A DNA stretch of 60,802 nt, taken from assembly GCA_009787915.1 (NCBI GenBank), contig WQSK01000002.1:1-60802 (forward strand), in the 5' to 3' direction. The notes under the pieces were generated by a model that saw nothing but the letters and a program-made list of their open reading frames with translations, was not told the DNA's origin and did not search any database. Positions 59,948-60,802 of the stretch are shown here, piece by piece. This DNA is from Bacillota bacterium. GTDB lineage: Bacteria; Bacillota; Clostridia; Christensenellales; UBA1242. How positions within the stretch are numbered: position 1 is the stretch's first letter; every line of letters starts with the position of its first letter. The position numbers and the translations under genes were made by a program.

Positions 59948-60802
59948 ATGAAAATCGGAATCGTAGGACTCCCGAACGTGGGGAAGAGCACTTTGTTTAA
60001 CGCAATCACGCGGGCAGGTGCATTGGCGGCAAACTACCCGTTTGCCACAATCGAGCCCAACATCGGCATCGCAAAAATCGCGGATTCGCGTGTTGATTTT
60101 TTGGCTGAACATTACAAACCAAAAAGTACAATTCACGCGTCAATCGAATTCGTGGACATAGCGGGGCTTGTAAAGGGTGCGGCCAGTGGCGAGGGGTTGG
60201 GCAATCGGTTCCTTGCAAAAATTCGCGAGGTTGACGCCATCGTCCACGTCGTGCGCGCGTTTACAAAAGGCGACATTATCCACGTGGACGGCTCTGTTGA
60301 CCCCGCACGCGATATTGACACGATTGAAACCGAGTTGGGGCTTGCCGACCTCGAAGCCAAAGCAGGCGCGCCAAAATTAATGGACAAGCCCGTAATCTTT
60401 TGCGTAAACGTCGACGAAGCCGCGGATATAAAAACGGGTGTTCCTGAAAATCTCAAAGCGTTTTTGAAAAACAAAAAATCCGTAGTTCTGTGCGCGAAAC
60501 TTGAAGAAGAATTGTCTAACATAGCGGACGACGCGGAACGGCGCGAAATGATGGACGCGTACGGAATTAAGGAAAGCGGTCTTGATGTCTTGGCGCGCAC
60601 CGCATATGAAACCGTGGGGTTAATCAGTTACTTTACGGCGGGCACCCCCGAGGTTCGGGCTTGGACAATCCAAAAAGGCACAAAAGCCCCAGGGGCGGCG
60701 GGGAAAATCCACACGGACTTTGAACGCGGGTTTATTAGGGCAGAGGTTATCTCTTATGACGATTTTGTGGCTTGTGGAAACATGGTAAAGGCAAAAGAAC
60801 AA
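59948..60802 (+). CDS. ychF: Ribosome-binding ATPase YchF, N-terminal 285 codons (continues past the right edge)
   Basis: Absent from the ORF track because there is no stop. Hand translation: [44 protein letters not shown]...[38 protein letters not shown]... Confidence 0.9.
   Translation, partial: MKIGIVGLPNVGKSTLFNAITRAGALAANYPFATIEPNIGIAKIADSRVDFLAEHYKPKSTIHASIEFVDIAGLVKGAASGEGLGNRFLAKIREVDAIVHVVRAFTKGDIIHVDGSVDPARDIDTIETELGLADLEAKAGAPKLMDKPVIFCVNVDEAADIKTGVPENLKAFLKNKKSVVLCAKLEEELSNIADDAERREMMDAYGIKESGLDVLARTAYETVGLISYFTAGTPEVRAWTIQKGTKAPGAAGKIHTDFERGFIRAEVISYDDFVACGNMVKAKEQ

Noticed and set aside
1-60802. CRISPR arrays, rRNA operons, IS elements/transposases, integrases, prophage or conjugative modules, restriction-modification genes
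   Set aside because: I looked for regularly spaced direct repeats, long conserved rRNA-like stretches, DDE/tyrosine/serine recombinase motifs and terminal inverted repeats, and found none. The only repeats seen are those reported above.

Overview
This 60.8-kb window is gene-dense, with about 75 protein genes and one tRNA. It reads like the origin-proximal housekeeping region of a low-GC Gram-positive bacterium (Bacillota/Clostridia-like). The organism is probably derived from a spore-former and appears genome-reduced. Recognisable genes include glyQS, a HIT gene, gmk-like, yabP, dnaX, ybaB, gltX-like, rlmB, a sigH-like sigma factor, hup, a murJ/spoVB-like flippase, comFC, tRNA-Cys, proS, a short whiA, dnaE, uppP, divIC/ftsB-like, radC, dus, pyk, coaE, lepB, leuS, dxr, secA, pth, an mfd fragment and ychF. 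I saw no rRNA, CRISPR array, transposase, integrase or phage block. Two edge genes are missing from the ORF track because they lack a stop in the window: a GPH-type transporter (1-840, minus) and ychF (59948-60802, plus).

Main hunt results:
1. A consensus promoter, a leaderless 27-codon peptide with four consecutive His codons, and overlapping antiterminator/terminator helices sit upstream of a hisG-like gene. That gene is translationally coupled to a DapF-like::VanX-like fusion, and the block is bracketed by two paralogous 236-aa proteins.
2. Six small XRE-type HTH genes are present. Two diverged XRE + small-protein cassettes lie in inverted orientation around rlmB-sigH. A tandemly duplicated XRE cassette has a controlled promoter that faces dnaE.
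3. Three simple-sequence tracts sit at expression-critical positions: G8 splitting pnuC, G9 in a promoter spacer, and (GAC)6 in a promoter spacer.
4. A GC-rich palindromic repeat family is found upstream of gltX and in-frame inside uppP.
5. Perfect DnaA boxes are over-represented.
6. Three 22-bp iteron-like repeats lie upstream of ychF.
7. A tRNA-Cys has a non-canonical elbow and a duplicated 5' segment.
8. There is a motor-less Mfd fragment.
9. A consensus-promoter/leaderless-ATG architecture recurs.

All calls come from reading the sequence and hand translation. No database search or folding program was run.
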